Below are positions 8,297-18,500 of a stretch of DNA of 64,000 nucleotides, in pieces; positions within the stretch are counted from its first letter, which is position 1, and each line of letters begins with the position of its first letter. Location: contig VXPE01000070.1 of assembly GCA_009839745.1 (NCBI GenBank), forward strand, positions 24,445-88,444, read 5' to 3'. The DNA comes from Candidatus Poribacteria bacterium. Its GTDB lineage: Bacteria > Poribacteria > WGA-4E > WGA-3G. Made by a program: the position numbers and the translations under genes. Below the pieces are notes generated by a model, which saw only the letters and a program-made list of their open reading frames with translations, searched no databases and was not told the DNA's origin.

Positions 8297-9430
8297 CTAA
8301 CCCCCTTCAATCGTTTCAACGTTAGCACGGGGCAGTAGGGTCTGCTCACCGTCTTCGAGTTCAACACGCAACACGCGCACCTGTGCCTCTGTCTCCAAGT
8401 TCTGAAGTTCTACAGGTAATTCCGTAACACGTCCCAATTTACCGAAATACGGTTCCCGAATGATGCGGACGGAACTGCCGACCTCCAAAATGCCTTCCAC
8501 GCTTCCATCCTTCTCCGCTCGCGTTTCTCCCGCGTCCGATACCAATGGGATCACGATCTCCGGACGAACGACACCGGCACGAATCTGCGTCGCACCGTTG
8601 ATAGAGGTTTTCATACCTTCCCGCGTTTTCAAGAGGTCAAACGTTTGCTCCGCCATTGCGACGCTTCCGAATCCTTCCGTGATAACCAATGTAATCCCAA
8701 TCTCCTCGGAACCTGTAATTGCTACACCGAGTTCGTAACCGAGAAGCTCCCGCAGATCCGCATCATCGATCCCACCGGCAATGATACCTTTTACACCTTG
8801 TTGGATTGCTTTCTGAATTGCCTCAGTCGTGACCAGCGAACCGCCGACCAAAATGTGGTCTCGATGTTCGGGAAGGATCTGTTCCGCAGTCAATCCATCA
8901 CTCGGAGAAGAGACAGCGACAATCAAGTTCCCGATTGTTTCACTGCCAACCCCGAAGATGCCTTGGATATAGGTCCCGTAAGTCTCTACTGTGACACCCT
9001 CATTTGGGGAGATCTCCGTTACTGTGCCATCTGTGTAAGCCTTAACTTCCACAGGAATCGGTGGTTCTCGGAGAATGACTTGTCCCGTGACATCGGACAC
9101 AGCTTCGATTGTACCGTCAATCGGTGAACGTGCCTGCGATTTGAAAAGCCCAAAAAGCCCTTTTGTCGTGGCGATAATCTCATCTTTGGCAATCGTTTCG
9201 CCGACAAGTTTGAGCATGTATTCTGTAATTTCTTCTGCGGGGACACTGAGTAGGTTAGCAACGTTCAGGAGTTGGACGTTACCCGGCAGATCCGCTTTCG
9301 CGACGACATCCTCTGCCTGGACTGCTGCCCCGGCTTCAACGAGAACCTCACCTTGCAGTGGAAGTCGACGTTCTTTCTGAATTGTCATTCCCTCGGTAAC
9401 CTTAAGCCCGGGGGTATATGCATGTGCCAT
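8297..9430 (-). CDS. conserved hypothetical protein (function unknown)
   Basis: Long clean ORF with ATG preceded by AAGG...AAAAA. The N-terminus 'VLVEAGAAVQAEDVVAKADLPGNV' looks like a barrel-sandwich-hybrid (lipoyl-like) fold. The C-terminal 'GSSVRIIREPYFGKLGRVTEL' looks KOW-like. Both domain guesses are weak. Confidence 0.6.
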   Translation of the reverse strand: MAHAYTPGLKVTEGMTIQKERRLPLQGEVLVEAGAAVQAEDVVAKADLPGNVQLLNVANLLSVPAEEITEYMLKLVGETIAKDEIIATTKGLFGLFKSQARSPIDGTIEAVSDVTGQVILREPPIPVEVKAYTDGTVTEISPNEGVTVETYGTYIQGIFGVGSETIGNLIVAVSSPSDGLTAEQILPEHRDHILVGGSLVTTEAIQKAIQQGVKGIIAGGIDDADLRELLGYELGVAITGSEEIGITLVITEGFGSVAMAEQTFDLLKTREGMKTSINGATQIRAGVVRPEIVIPLVSDAGETRAEKDGSVEGILEVGSSVRIIREPYFGKLGRVTELPVELQNLETEAQVRVLRVELEDGEQTLLPRANVETIEGG

Positions 9431-9521
9431 TTTTTAATTATACCTTGCGGTTCGGTCAGAACGAGCTACGCGCTTCGTTGAATGGGTGTTTAAAAATCTT
9501 GCCAACAAAACGCGGCAAGAT

Positions 9522-9550
9522 ATTATACTATTTTCATAACCTCTGGTCAA
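9522..9550 (-). promoter_or_regulatory. sigma70-type promoter for the 8297-9430 gene
   Basis: On the minus strand: TTGACC (9550-9545), 17-nt spacer, TATAAT (9527-9522). Confidence 0.5.
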
Positions 9551-9693
9551 AACAAAGAGATTTGTCACAATCAAGGAAAAATAGATGAGGAGTCCCATCA
9601 GGAATCTGAAACTCAAGATATTTGCTATGATTTCTCTTCTAACAATTGTCCAAAGCACCACGTTCCCCCAGTTCTGGAAGGTATAGATGGTTT

Positions 9694-10500
9694 TTACTGC
9701 TGCTCGTTTTCAGTATCCAAAAATCCCAACGCACGTAACCGATCAATCCAACGCTGCCGTTTTTCACTGCCCGCTGGGTTTGCGACCCAGTGTGGATCGT
9801 AGAGCGGTTCGCCCGGGCGGTTAAAATGTTCGGGACTCTTCGCATTGCTACGGGCGCGGTCGCGTGTGGCAGCATTTTCTACTGGCGTTTTTGGATTGTT
9901 ATAGTAAACAATAGTGCACATTCGACGGTCATCGCTGCCACCCGAGCTGGCATGCCAGCACCGCATATCGAAAGCGACTACATCGCCGGGTTCCGATTTG
10001 CAAACATAACCTGGAACGTCACAAATCTCCAGTCCCAACTCGTTCAAATTCTCCCGCAGGTCGTCGTGTAGCGGATTTTTGTGAGAGCCGGGAATCAACC
10101 GTAACGCGCCGCTTTCCGCGTCAACGGGTTCAAGATAATATGCGAACTTCACCCCGTAGCAATCTTTGGTTGGATCGACGTTATGGTCGGGATGCCAACC
10201 TGTATTGCCCACATAACGGTTCGCGTCGGAAACAACGAAAAAGACATCGTCGCCGTAGAGTTGCTCTGCCACCCCGCAGAACCGTGCGTCTTCCGGCAGG
10301 TTCGCGAAGAACGGGGTTTCGGGTCCCATCATTGGCAGCCAATGTCGGTGCGTTCCATCAAAGGGGGAATGACGATATGCAGATGCCATCGCCGCTTCAA
10401 ACTCCTCGTGTATTGTGTTCAGCTCGTCTTGGCTGAACACCTGCCGAAAAATGAGAAATCCCAAGGTGTTAAAGTGCTTAATCTGTTGTTCCGTGAGCAT
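9694..10500 (-). CDS. phytanoyl-CoA dioxygenase (PhyH) family Fe(II)/2-oxoglutarate oxygenase
   Basis: 'MLTEQQIKHFNTLGFLIFRQVFSQDEL' N-terminus typical of PhyH, 'WHPDH..D' and 'ALRLIPGSH'. Confidence 0.8.
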   Translation of the reverse strand: MLTEQQIKHFNTLGFLIFRQVFSQDELNTIHEEFEAAMASAYRHSPFDGTHRHWLPMMGPETPFFANLPEDARFCGVAEQLYGDDVFFVVSDANRYVGNTGWHPDHNVDPTKDCYGVKFAYYLEPVDAESGALRLIPGSHKNPLHDDLRENLNELGLEICDVPGYVCKSEPGDVVAFDMRCWHASSGGSDDRRMCTIVYYNNPKTPVENAATRDRARSNAKSPEHFNRPGEPLYDPHWVANPAGSEKRQRWIDRLRALGFLDTENEQQ

Positions 10501-10654
10501 GATGTTCCTCCGCGTTCTATAGGGTTACAAATCAACAGTAACTGATGCGGTTTCCCAACTACTAATAAAATCTTCAACGCTGAAATCCACAGGCATATCG
10601 TTTGGATTATAATCCGATCTCCGTTGGAAACCGGGCTGATAGGTCTCCTGAGGT

Positions 10655-11680
10655 TCAACGCCCTAACTTCTGCTGTAGTTTCGGGTTATCTGTAACCTCC
10701 CGATTTACAATATATAACGGCATTTTTCCAGAAGCCACACTGATGATACTCTCACACGCACTCTTGGCGTTGCCTTCAAAGCATTCATCCGTCCAGCAGA
10801 TGCTGTGTGGGGTTACGATAACGTTATCCAGACTTAAGAGCGGATCGTCGTCGTCAATTGGCTCCTGTTCAAAAACATCGAGGCCCGCGCCTTGAATGCG
10901 TCGATTCTGAAGAGCTTCTGTGAGTGCTTTCTGATCAACGATTGGACCGCGTGCGGTGTTAATCAGATAAGCCGTCGGCTTCATCAACCCGATACGTCTC
11001 GCGTTAATGAGTCCGCGCGTTTCCTCGTTTAATGGGCAGCAGACACACACAAAATCAGCCGTTTGCATCAAGGCATCCAGATCGACAGGCTCTACATCCA
11101 CTTCTGCTGCGTCAGCAGGTGTGATGTAAGGGTCGTAGGTGATGTGGCGCATCCCGAAAGGTTTCGCCAGTTTAAACGCCTCTTTCCCGATATTACCCAT
11201 ACCGACAAGTCCCAACGTTCTGCCGACTAACCCCATGCCTCTATAGTTCTGTGTGTTTCTCCAACCCCCGGCACGGATGAGTCTATCCTTTATCAATAAC
11301 TGGTGACCCAACGATAGGACAAAAGTCATGATGGAAGTGGCAACCGGACGACGAACACCATCTGGGGCAATCGTTAGCAATACACCGTTTTCGGTACAAG
11401 CCTCCACGTCCACCTTATCGTATCCGACCCCGAAACGCGCAATGACAGCCAACTTGTCAGCGTCTGTGAACGTTTCTGCCGTGATACCTGCCCCTAATAC
11501 TAAGAGTGCGTCATAATCCTGCACTTGTTCGGCTTGTAATGCGGGTGTATTCTCCGCAATATATTCCCAGTGTAGACCTGCCTTGTCAAAAAGCGGACCG
11601 GCAATGTCATCTAAATCGCAGGTGCCATCGGGTCCTAAGAAGTCGCGCGTGACACCTACGCGAAATACGGATTTGCTCAT
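10655..11680 (-). CDS. D-isomer-specific 2-hydroxyacid dehydrogenase family protein
   Basis: 'GLVGMGNIGKE' (GxGxxG), 'NTARGPIVD' and 'VTPHS'. ATG 11680 lies 2 nt after the stop of the upstream SBP gene, consistent with an operon. Confidence 0.85.
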   Translation of the reverse strand: MSKSVFRVGVTRDFLGPDGTCDLDDIAGPLFDKAGLHWEYIAENTPALQAEQVQDYDALLVLGAGITAETFTDADKLAVIARFGVGYDKVDVEACTENGVLLTIAPDGVRRPVATSIMTFVLSLGHQLLIKDRLIRAGGWRNTQNYRGMGLVGRTLGLVGMGNIGKEAFKLAKPFGMRHITYDPYITPADAAEVDVEPVDLDALMQTADFVCVCCPLNEETRGLINARRIGLMKPTAYLINTARGPIVDQKALTEALQNRRIQGAGLDVFEQEPIDDDDPLLSLDNVIVTPHSICWTDECFEGNAKSACESIISVASGKMPLYIVNREVTDNPKLQQKLGR

Positions 11681-11682
11681 AG

Positions 11683-13275
11683 CTATTCCTCGATCCAAAT
11701 TTGGCGGAAGTATTTCCAATTCAAGGGTTGAAGTTTAAGGTTTTTGACCTTTTTGTTAATGACTAAAATCTGTTTCGCATGCGCCAATGGCACCCACGGC
11801 ACATCTTTGTGGAAGATTCGCTGTGCTTCTTGATAAAGCGAGATTCGCTTTTCTCGATCTGAGGTCGCTCTCGCCTGCTCTAAAACGGCTTGCATTTCAT
11901 CGCTACGATAAAATGCAATATTTCCAGCGGGCTTCTCTGCTGACGATTTACTTAGAAGGAAGTAGAGGAAGTTATCGGGATCCCCAAGATCGGCACTCCA
12001 TCCCAACATCGCGATGTCGTGCTCCCCATTTTTCGTTTTTTCAAGATAGGTACCCCAGTCAAAGGTCACGATCTTTGTCTCGATTCCAACATTTCGGAGT
12101 TCGGATTGAAGAACTTCTGCAAGGGCGCGTCCATCAGGAATATAGGGACGCGGAACGGGTAATGCCCAGAGGGTTGTCTCAAAACCGTTGGGGTATCCCG
12201 CTTCAGCGAGCAGTTTTTTCGCCAGTTCCGGGTCGTAGGCGTAATCTTCAATCGAATCATCATACCCCCAGAGTGTTGGTGGAATCGGGTTCTTCGCTGG
12301 AATCCCCAAACCTTGATACAGGTATTCAATAATTGCTGATTTGTTGATAGCGTGGTTAATTGCGAGCCGAACGTTGAGAGTGTCGAAAGGAGATTTATCC
12401 ATGTTCATCGCCAAGTAACCGATGCTCATGCCGGGTTGCGATAACAATTCGAGCGTGTCGTCATCTCGGATCTGTTGAAAATCGTCCGGATTTGGGAACT
12501 CCATGGCGTGGATACTGCCTTGCTGAAGTTCAATAAGCCGCACGGAGTTATCAGGAATAGAGCGAAGGATCACTCTATCTAACAGAGGCCGTCCGTCCCA
12601 ATACGTGTCGTTTGCTTCAAGCACGATTTTATCTCCTCTATCCCACTGCACGAACTTAAAGGGACCCGTGCCGACCGGGTTATTGGAAAACGCATCGCCC
12701 CATTTCTGCACCGCTGTTGGGCTAACAATAGAGAAAGGGGTTATTGCAATCGTATAGATAAAAGGAGCATAAGCCGTTTTAAGGTGAATTTGAACGGTAT
12801 AGTCATCAACAGCGATAATTTTGTCAACAATCTCTGCCAAGCCCGTTGCTATCCAGTAAATATAACTACCGCCAACTTTATGGAAGGGATGTGTATCATC
12901 GTGCTGTCGGTTAAGCGAAAAGAGAACGGCTTCGGCGTTGAAAGGGGTTCCATCATGAAACGTTACGCCTTTGCGAAGGTGAAATGTCCATATCAAACCA
13001 TCTGTTGAGCTTTCCCAATTTGTTGCGAGACCGGGTTCAAGTTCAGTGCTTTCATCTTTGTATTGGACGAGTGTATCGTAGATATTATCGCAAACCTTGA
13101 AGGATTCTCCATCTTCCTCAAGCGCCGGATCTAATCCCACAGAGTCACCGCCGCGCCCGAATATTAGGGTGCCACCACGCTTTAGGTGTGAGTCGGCAAA
13201 TATTGGGGAAAATCCCGCAAGTAGCGATATTAGAAGCGTCAATAAGAGAATCCGTGTAAAACATCTGTGTTTCAT
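11683..13275 (-). CDS. ABC transporter substrate-binding protein, family 5 (peptide/nickel type)
   Basis: Signal peptide 'MKHRCFTRILLLTLLISLLAGFSPIFA'. Family-5 blocks 'GGTLIFGRGGDSVGLDP' and 'LVQYKDESTELEPGLATNWE'. Confidence 0.85.
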   Translation of the reverse strand: MKHRCFTRILLLTLLISLLAGFSPIFADSHLKRGGTLIFGRGGDSVGLDPALEEDGESFKVCDNIYDTLVQYKDESTELEPGLATNWESSTDGLIWTFHLRKGVTFHDGTPFNAEAVLFSLNRQHDDTHPFHKVGGSYIYWIATGLAEIVDKIIAVDDYTVQIHLKTAYAPFIYTIAITPFSIVSPTAVQKWGDAFSNNPVGTGPFKFVQWDRGDKIVLEANDTYWDGRPLLDRVILRSIPDNSVRLIELQQGSIHAMEFPNPDDFQQIRDDDTLELLSQPGMSIGYLAMNMDKSPFDTLNVRLAINHAINKSAIIEYLYQGLGIPAKNPIPPTLWGYDDSIEDYAYDPELAKKLLAEAGYPNGFETTLWALPVPRPYIPDGRALAEVLQSELRNVGIETKIVTFDWGTYLEKTKNGEHDIAMLGWSADLGDPDNFLYFLLSKSSAEKPAGNIAFYRSDEMQAVLEQARATSDREKRISLYQEAQRIFHKDVPWVPLAHAKQILVINKKVKNLKLQPLNWKYFRQIWIEE

Positions 13276-13509
13276 AAATTTCTCCGATATCCATAAAAAG
13301 ATATACACTTTATGATACGGAGTTTTTCGCAAAATGTCAAATGGTTTTCAGTTATCAGGAACACGCGAAAATTGTTGTTAAACGAGGACCGACAACTGAT
13401 AGATGATAATTAATATAAGGTTTGAAACCTTTTTCCCACAAAAATCGTTTTGTTAATTGGGAGAGTGTCTTAAAAATAGTCGCGTAACTTCAGATCCATC
13501 TGCGGAATT

Positions 13510-15543
13510 ATGTTATCTGTTGAACAACTTATCCAGAATTTAATGAACACAACGCAACCGAGCGTTGTCCGTTGCAGTGCTATTGTGAATCTTGTTTCGC
13601 AGGGCAGCTCACAGGGAATAGAAGCCCTAATTGAGGTGCTCGCCGATTCAGATTCCATGGTCCGACGCGAAGCCGCGATGGCACTTCAGCAAATGGACGC
13701 GACTCGGGCTACGCAACCGTTACTTGAAGCGTTGCAGGTAGAGTCAAACGATTTAACGCTTTGGGCACTGCTTGAAGCGATTGGTGAATTGGCAACACCT
13801 GATGCGCTGCCTATGCTCGAATCGCTCCGCACTACCGGCTCTATGCTTACGCGGATCGAAGCGAAGAAAAGCATGGCTCGGATTGAGGGGCGTTATGCCA
13901 ACGGAGGCACTTCACTCTCCCCGGAGGCATCTGAATCCGTCCTGCATGCTGAGCAGATAGATCCAAATGAACCGTCACCGACAGCGGATTTTATAGATTC
14001 ACAAACCACACCAGAAGAAGACATAGTAGAATCGGAGTCGAATGTTTCTCCGCATAACATGGCGGGTTCTCAAGCGACTCCGCCCGACGATCTGTTCATA
14101 GAAGCGGTGGAAGATACAGAGACGGTTGAATCTGGTGAGAAACAGCCAACAGAATTTGAAAAAATATTCATAAGTCGTTCTGTTGATTCAGACGAGATAA
14201 CTGATATATCGGATTATACAGCGTCCACGGATGAACGCGTCGATGTTCCGAAGGAAACAGAATCCGCAGATGACGTAACTGATACGCCGGAAAAATCCGT
14301 AGAAAATACCCAATCAAAAACACCGACAGATACTTTAACGACCGATACGGAATCAACACAACGAGAGAAAGAAGATCAGGAGATAGATGATTTAGCAGAA
14401 TCCATTGCCCGATCGTCTCGTCTTGCCGGTTCATCCGTCAATCTCCCGGTATTAGCCCCGAATGCGTCTACCGTCCCGTATGATCCGAAGGGCACTGCGC
14501 TTGAACCCGCACAGACGAACTTCTTTCTGACGCTCATACACCCCGGCAGGTATCTCTCCAAGCAATGGGTGCAGCGAACGCGAGTGTATCTAATATTGTG
14601 GGCTGTTTTGGTTATCGTTATAATCGGTTTCACCCAATATCAGAAACACACAAAAATGGAGTTAAGTCCACTCTCTCGTTTTGGACTTTCTATGAGTGAA
14701 CTACCGGAATTAGTAAAACGCTCATTGGCGGAAGGGGATTTCTACATTCAGGAGGGATATTACAGAAAAGCCATTAATTCGTATGAATTGAGCAGGGGAC
14801 TCGGCGCCCTTCCGGTTAGTTTCTATAGGAAACTCGGATTCGCGTATTTTAAGGAAGGTCAACACGCGCTTTCCGTTGAAGCGTATGAGTTGTTCTTAGA
14901 AACGAGAGCGCATGAAAACCCGGATGTATTTGCCGCCGAAGCTTCACTTGTCGGGGTTTATCCACTTACGTCGGTAGAAGTGGGAATAACCCGCGACTAT
15001 GAAACCTACAATATTCTTGGGACGGCGTATATGAAACTCGGACGTGTGCTGGACGCAAAACGCACCTACGAAAAAGCGATACAGCTTGTACCGAAATATG
15101 GTGAGGCATACAATAACCTCGCACGCCTCTATGCGGACAATTATCCGAACCCTATTTGGATGAAAGATTGGAGGGTCGGAAGGTTAGAAGCGTGGACGGT
15201 AGAGGCTCCCCGCCAATCTTCCGATCTTCCACTCTTACAGACTTCTCTCCCCAGTCTACGGCTTGCTGAGGCGTTAGCCTATACAGCCGTAACGTTGAAT
15301 CCGGATGTCGCTGCTTATCACGACACCCTCGGTTGGGTTTTATCGAAGCGGGGACAGGTGAACAAGGGGATGAAAACCTTGGAACGCGCCATCAATCTAC
15401 AGAGCGATGCCGTTGAGCCTCATTATCACCTCGCGCAGGTCGCACTAAAAGCCAACGAACGGCAGAAGGCAATAGAAGCGATCCGAAACGTGTTCAAACT
15501 CAATCCGGCTTTTGTATCGCTCAATACAACGGAACAGCGATGA
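13510..15543 (+). CDS. HEAT-repeat / acidic linker / transmembrane / TPR-repeat protein
   Basis: N-terminal PBS-lyase-type HEAT repeats ('LIEVLADSDSMVRREAAMAL'), a D/E/T-rich linker, one TM helix ('VYLILWAVLVIVIIGF') and C-terminal TPR units. Confidence 0.7.
   Translation: MLSVEQLIQNLMNTTQPSVVRCSAIVNLVSQGSSQGIEALIEVLADSDSMVRREAAMALQQMDATRATQPLLEALQVESNDLTLWALLEAIGELATPDALPMLESLRTTGSMLTRIEAKKSMARIEGRYANGGTSLSPEASESVLHAEQIDPNEPSPTADFIDSQTTPEEDIVESESNVSPHNMAGSQATPPDDLFIEAVEDTETVESGEKQPTEFEKIFISRSVDSDEITDISDYTASTDERVDVPKETESADDVTDTPEKSVENTQSKTPTDTLTTDTESTQREKEDQEIDDLAESIARSSRLAGSSVNLPVLAPNASTVPYDPKGTALEPAQTNFFLTLIHPGRYLSKQWVQRTRVYLILWAVLVIVIIGFTQYQKHTKMELSPLSRFGLSMSELPELVKRSLAEGDFYIQEGYYRKAINSYELSRGLGALPVSFYRKLGFAYFKEGQHALSVEAYELFLETRAHENPDVFAAEASLVGVYPLTSVEVGITRDYETYNILGTAYMKLGRVLDAKRTYEKAIQLVPKYGEAYNNLARLYADNYPNPIWMKDWRVGRLEAWTVEAPRQSSDLPLLQTSLPSLRLAEALAYTAVTLNPDVAAYHDTLGWVLSKRGQVNKGMKTLERAINLQSDAVEPHYHLAQVALKANERQKAIEAIRNVFKLNPAFVSLNTTEQR
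15157..15240. repeat. palindromic GGAAGATTGG-family repeat embedded in-frame in the HEAT/TPR ORF
   Basis: AAGATTGG (15164-15171) pairs with CCAATCTT (15213-15220). CCAATCTTCCGATC (15213-15226) is the exact reverse complement of GATCGGAAGATTGG at 50626-50639. CTTCCACTCTT is shared with 50685-50695. Confidence 0.6.
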
Positions 15544-15579
15544 AAATAAGCGAACAAAGTGAGCGGGCTGACAACTCTT

Positions 15580-18500
15580 CTAACGAATGACAGAGAATTT
15601 GCCGATGCGTTGATCCTTTTCAGACGAAAGGACATAAATATAGACCCCACTACTGACCCCAAAAAGCTCCCAAACTCGCCTATCTCTCTCATATTCTGTC
15701 CGAGTCAGTGATGCAATACAATTTCCACTCACATCGTAGATATAAACGTCCGTTCCCGCCGGTAGTTTATCAAATGTAACCTGATTACAGGTTATCACCG
15801 GATTCGGATAGACAATCACCTCGGCAAGCATTGGGGCGGGCAGCATTATTGTCAACATTCTGGCATCCTCTGCGAGATCGGCACCGGATATATCCGAAAG
15901 TTGTAGTGCCTCAATCTGATAGTGATTGCCCGTGCGAAAGACTTCTGGAGAGAATGTAAGAACAACCCGCTTTCCTGCTTTGTCAAGAATAGCCGAGCGT
16001 GGCGTGTAACGTTGCGATCCGTTTTCTGAGTTTCCCTGCTTGTGCAGACGGTAGCGTCCAGCGTTCGTCGCAGAGATACCCATCGGTTTGTCAAACTCCA
16101 ACAAGAGCTGATTCGGTGGCGAATGCACAGCGGTATGCAAGCGTGGGCGCTGTGTTGGGGCGACAGATACCGATGTGGACGGTGGGCTGGGTGTAACCGT
16201 TTCAGAAGTCTCAAAAACGGTCAAGGCATTATTACTATTAAACAGTAGTGCCTTTACTCCATCGCCATTCAGATCAACGACAATCGGATTGAAAGTGCTT
16301 GTTGAAGGGTGGTGCCAGATAGGTCGATAGTCTATTCCGTCATACTGCACGAGATAGAAGTTAGGCTGAACAGCGATGCAAAGTTCATTGCGGCCATCGT
16401 TATTGACGTCCGAAATCGTCATCCCATTTCCGCCATCCCGCACATCACGGATGCGTTGTGTCCACACGGCACGATAGATATCATCACCCTCTGATTTGAA
16501 GACAGTTAAAAGCCAGTGATGATAACGAATATCAAGTTGTGTAGTGCCGACTTGGGTACCCGTTTTGGCGCAGATAGCAAACTCGGCATTCCCATCGCCG
16601 TCCATATCCCCAGTGGCAAAGAGTTGTGGTATTCCTTCAGGAAGCGTGTGTATCCAAGTTTGTCTGTATTCGTCGTTTCCAGTCGCCTCATGTATGAATA
16701 CTCTCCCACTGTTGTCCCCAGCTAAAATCTCTGTCCGTCCATCACCGTCAAAATCGCCCGTGGCGAAATTCGCACTAATCCCAGTGTTTCCCCACATCGG
16801 GTTTTCAAGGGTCGCTACAATTCGATAATCGTTATTTTCGACCGCCTCGTATACCGAAATGGTGTTCGTGACATCATCACGAGCGAATATCTCCGGTGTG
16901 CCATCTGCATCCGCATCTGCGATTGTCCGGCTCCACTGCCCGCGTGCTTCCCAGATGCGTTCCGTTGGAAGTTCACCTTGTGCGGGTTGCTCCAGCAAAA
17001 ATGTCGCTCCCGAAGCGTTGCACAACACCTCTATAAGTCCATCGTTATCTGTATCCGCTGCCGCCCAGGGCCACAGTGATTCGGGAAATGAAAAAATTTG
17101 TTCGTCCGTTCCGTCATCAGCTATTTCAAGAACGTGTGCTGCGCCAGTCCCCATTTCAACGGCAAAGAGTTCCAACTTCCCGTTTCTGTTTATATCTACC
17201 GGGGAAGCGATAGCGTGCAATCCACTGTCAATGGATGCGACTTGCCGGAGATGCGATATATCAATCGAGGTATCGTCCACTCCAAGCTGATATAACCTGC
17301 CGTTGTTGTCATCAATGTGCAGTTCTCCGACGCTACTTTTCACTGCCAACCGGTACACATAAGTGCCGGGCGGCACGCCTAAATCCGACATATTGACGAA
17401 ATGAAGTAAGTTCTCTGCGTCCGAATGACCGGTTCTATTGATATTTCCGTTCGCCTCAAGAATTTGGATTTTGCCTGTGGTTAATGCTTCCGTTTCCCAC
17501 ATCACCACCGAATTGAATCTGTTTCCTGCAAGCCATGGTTGTGCTTCATGCTTTATAACAAGAGGCACCTCGTGCGCCACGTCAACAACCGCCTTGACTC
17601 TCTTGATGTCTCCATTTTCAGATTTAACACTCAGGCGCAGCGTATACCCGCCTTCCACTAAAGTAGAAGTGTCCCATTTATATAGACACGCCCTAAATTT
17701 CGGTTCAGTTTGTACAGTTCCCAACGGATACCATAACTCCGGGACCTCGCCGATGCCATACTCCAACCAGTATTCAGAAAATTCAGTCCCACCCGCGCTG
17801 CCGATGATTTCAATCCTATCAAAGATAACCTCGCGCGCTATCTCCGCGCCAACAATTTCAACGCCACCGTGAGATTGTTCTCCACCGAAGGCGTGTTGCA
17901 ATGTCCGTTGCGCATTAATTTCCGCAACAAGCGGTGTCGAGGTTTCCGTGAGTGCGGCATAAGCATCCAATGCCCCTGCGCCAACGAGTTCGGTAATGAA
18001 AAGCGGCTTTGCAGTCGCAATCAACTTCTCTTGAATCCGTATGTTGGTGGCGTTCGGATTTGCCGACAAGACGAGCGCAGCGACCCCAGAGACGTGCGCA
18101 GCCGCCATGGATGTCCCGTCTCTCTTTCCGTACTCCCCCTTAAGTGCCGTGCTGAGAATCTCTTCACCGGGCGCGGCGATGTTAATGGTAGCACCGAAAT
18201 TAGAACCGTCATACAACTGCTTTTCCTGTCCAAGCCCTGCAACGGAGATAACGGATTTAAGAGCAGCCGGATAGTAAGAGCCGATTGTCGCCGAATTGCC
18301 GGCGGCACCCACCAAGACACACCCGCGATGATGGGCGTATTCTACGGCATCTTCTATGATAAAAGCACGCACCGTATCCCCCCAACTCATATTAATCACG
18401 CCTGCCCCATTGTCTGCGGCGTAAACAATAGCAGCGGCGAGATCGTCATTCTGGAGATACGCACCGCCTCCATACTTGAAACCCGCTCTGAGAGGCATCA

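Noticed and set aside
9434-9661. 75-aa hydrophobic minus-strand ORF whose first ~35 residues ('VLWTIVRREIIANILSFRFLMGLLIYFSLIV') resemble the N-terminus of ABC-2-type permeases.
   Set aside because: It uses a GTG start, decays into non-membrane sequence, and overlaps the promoter and hairpin of the downstream gene. At best it is a gene remnant, and I cannot support that without a database search.
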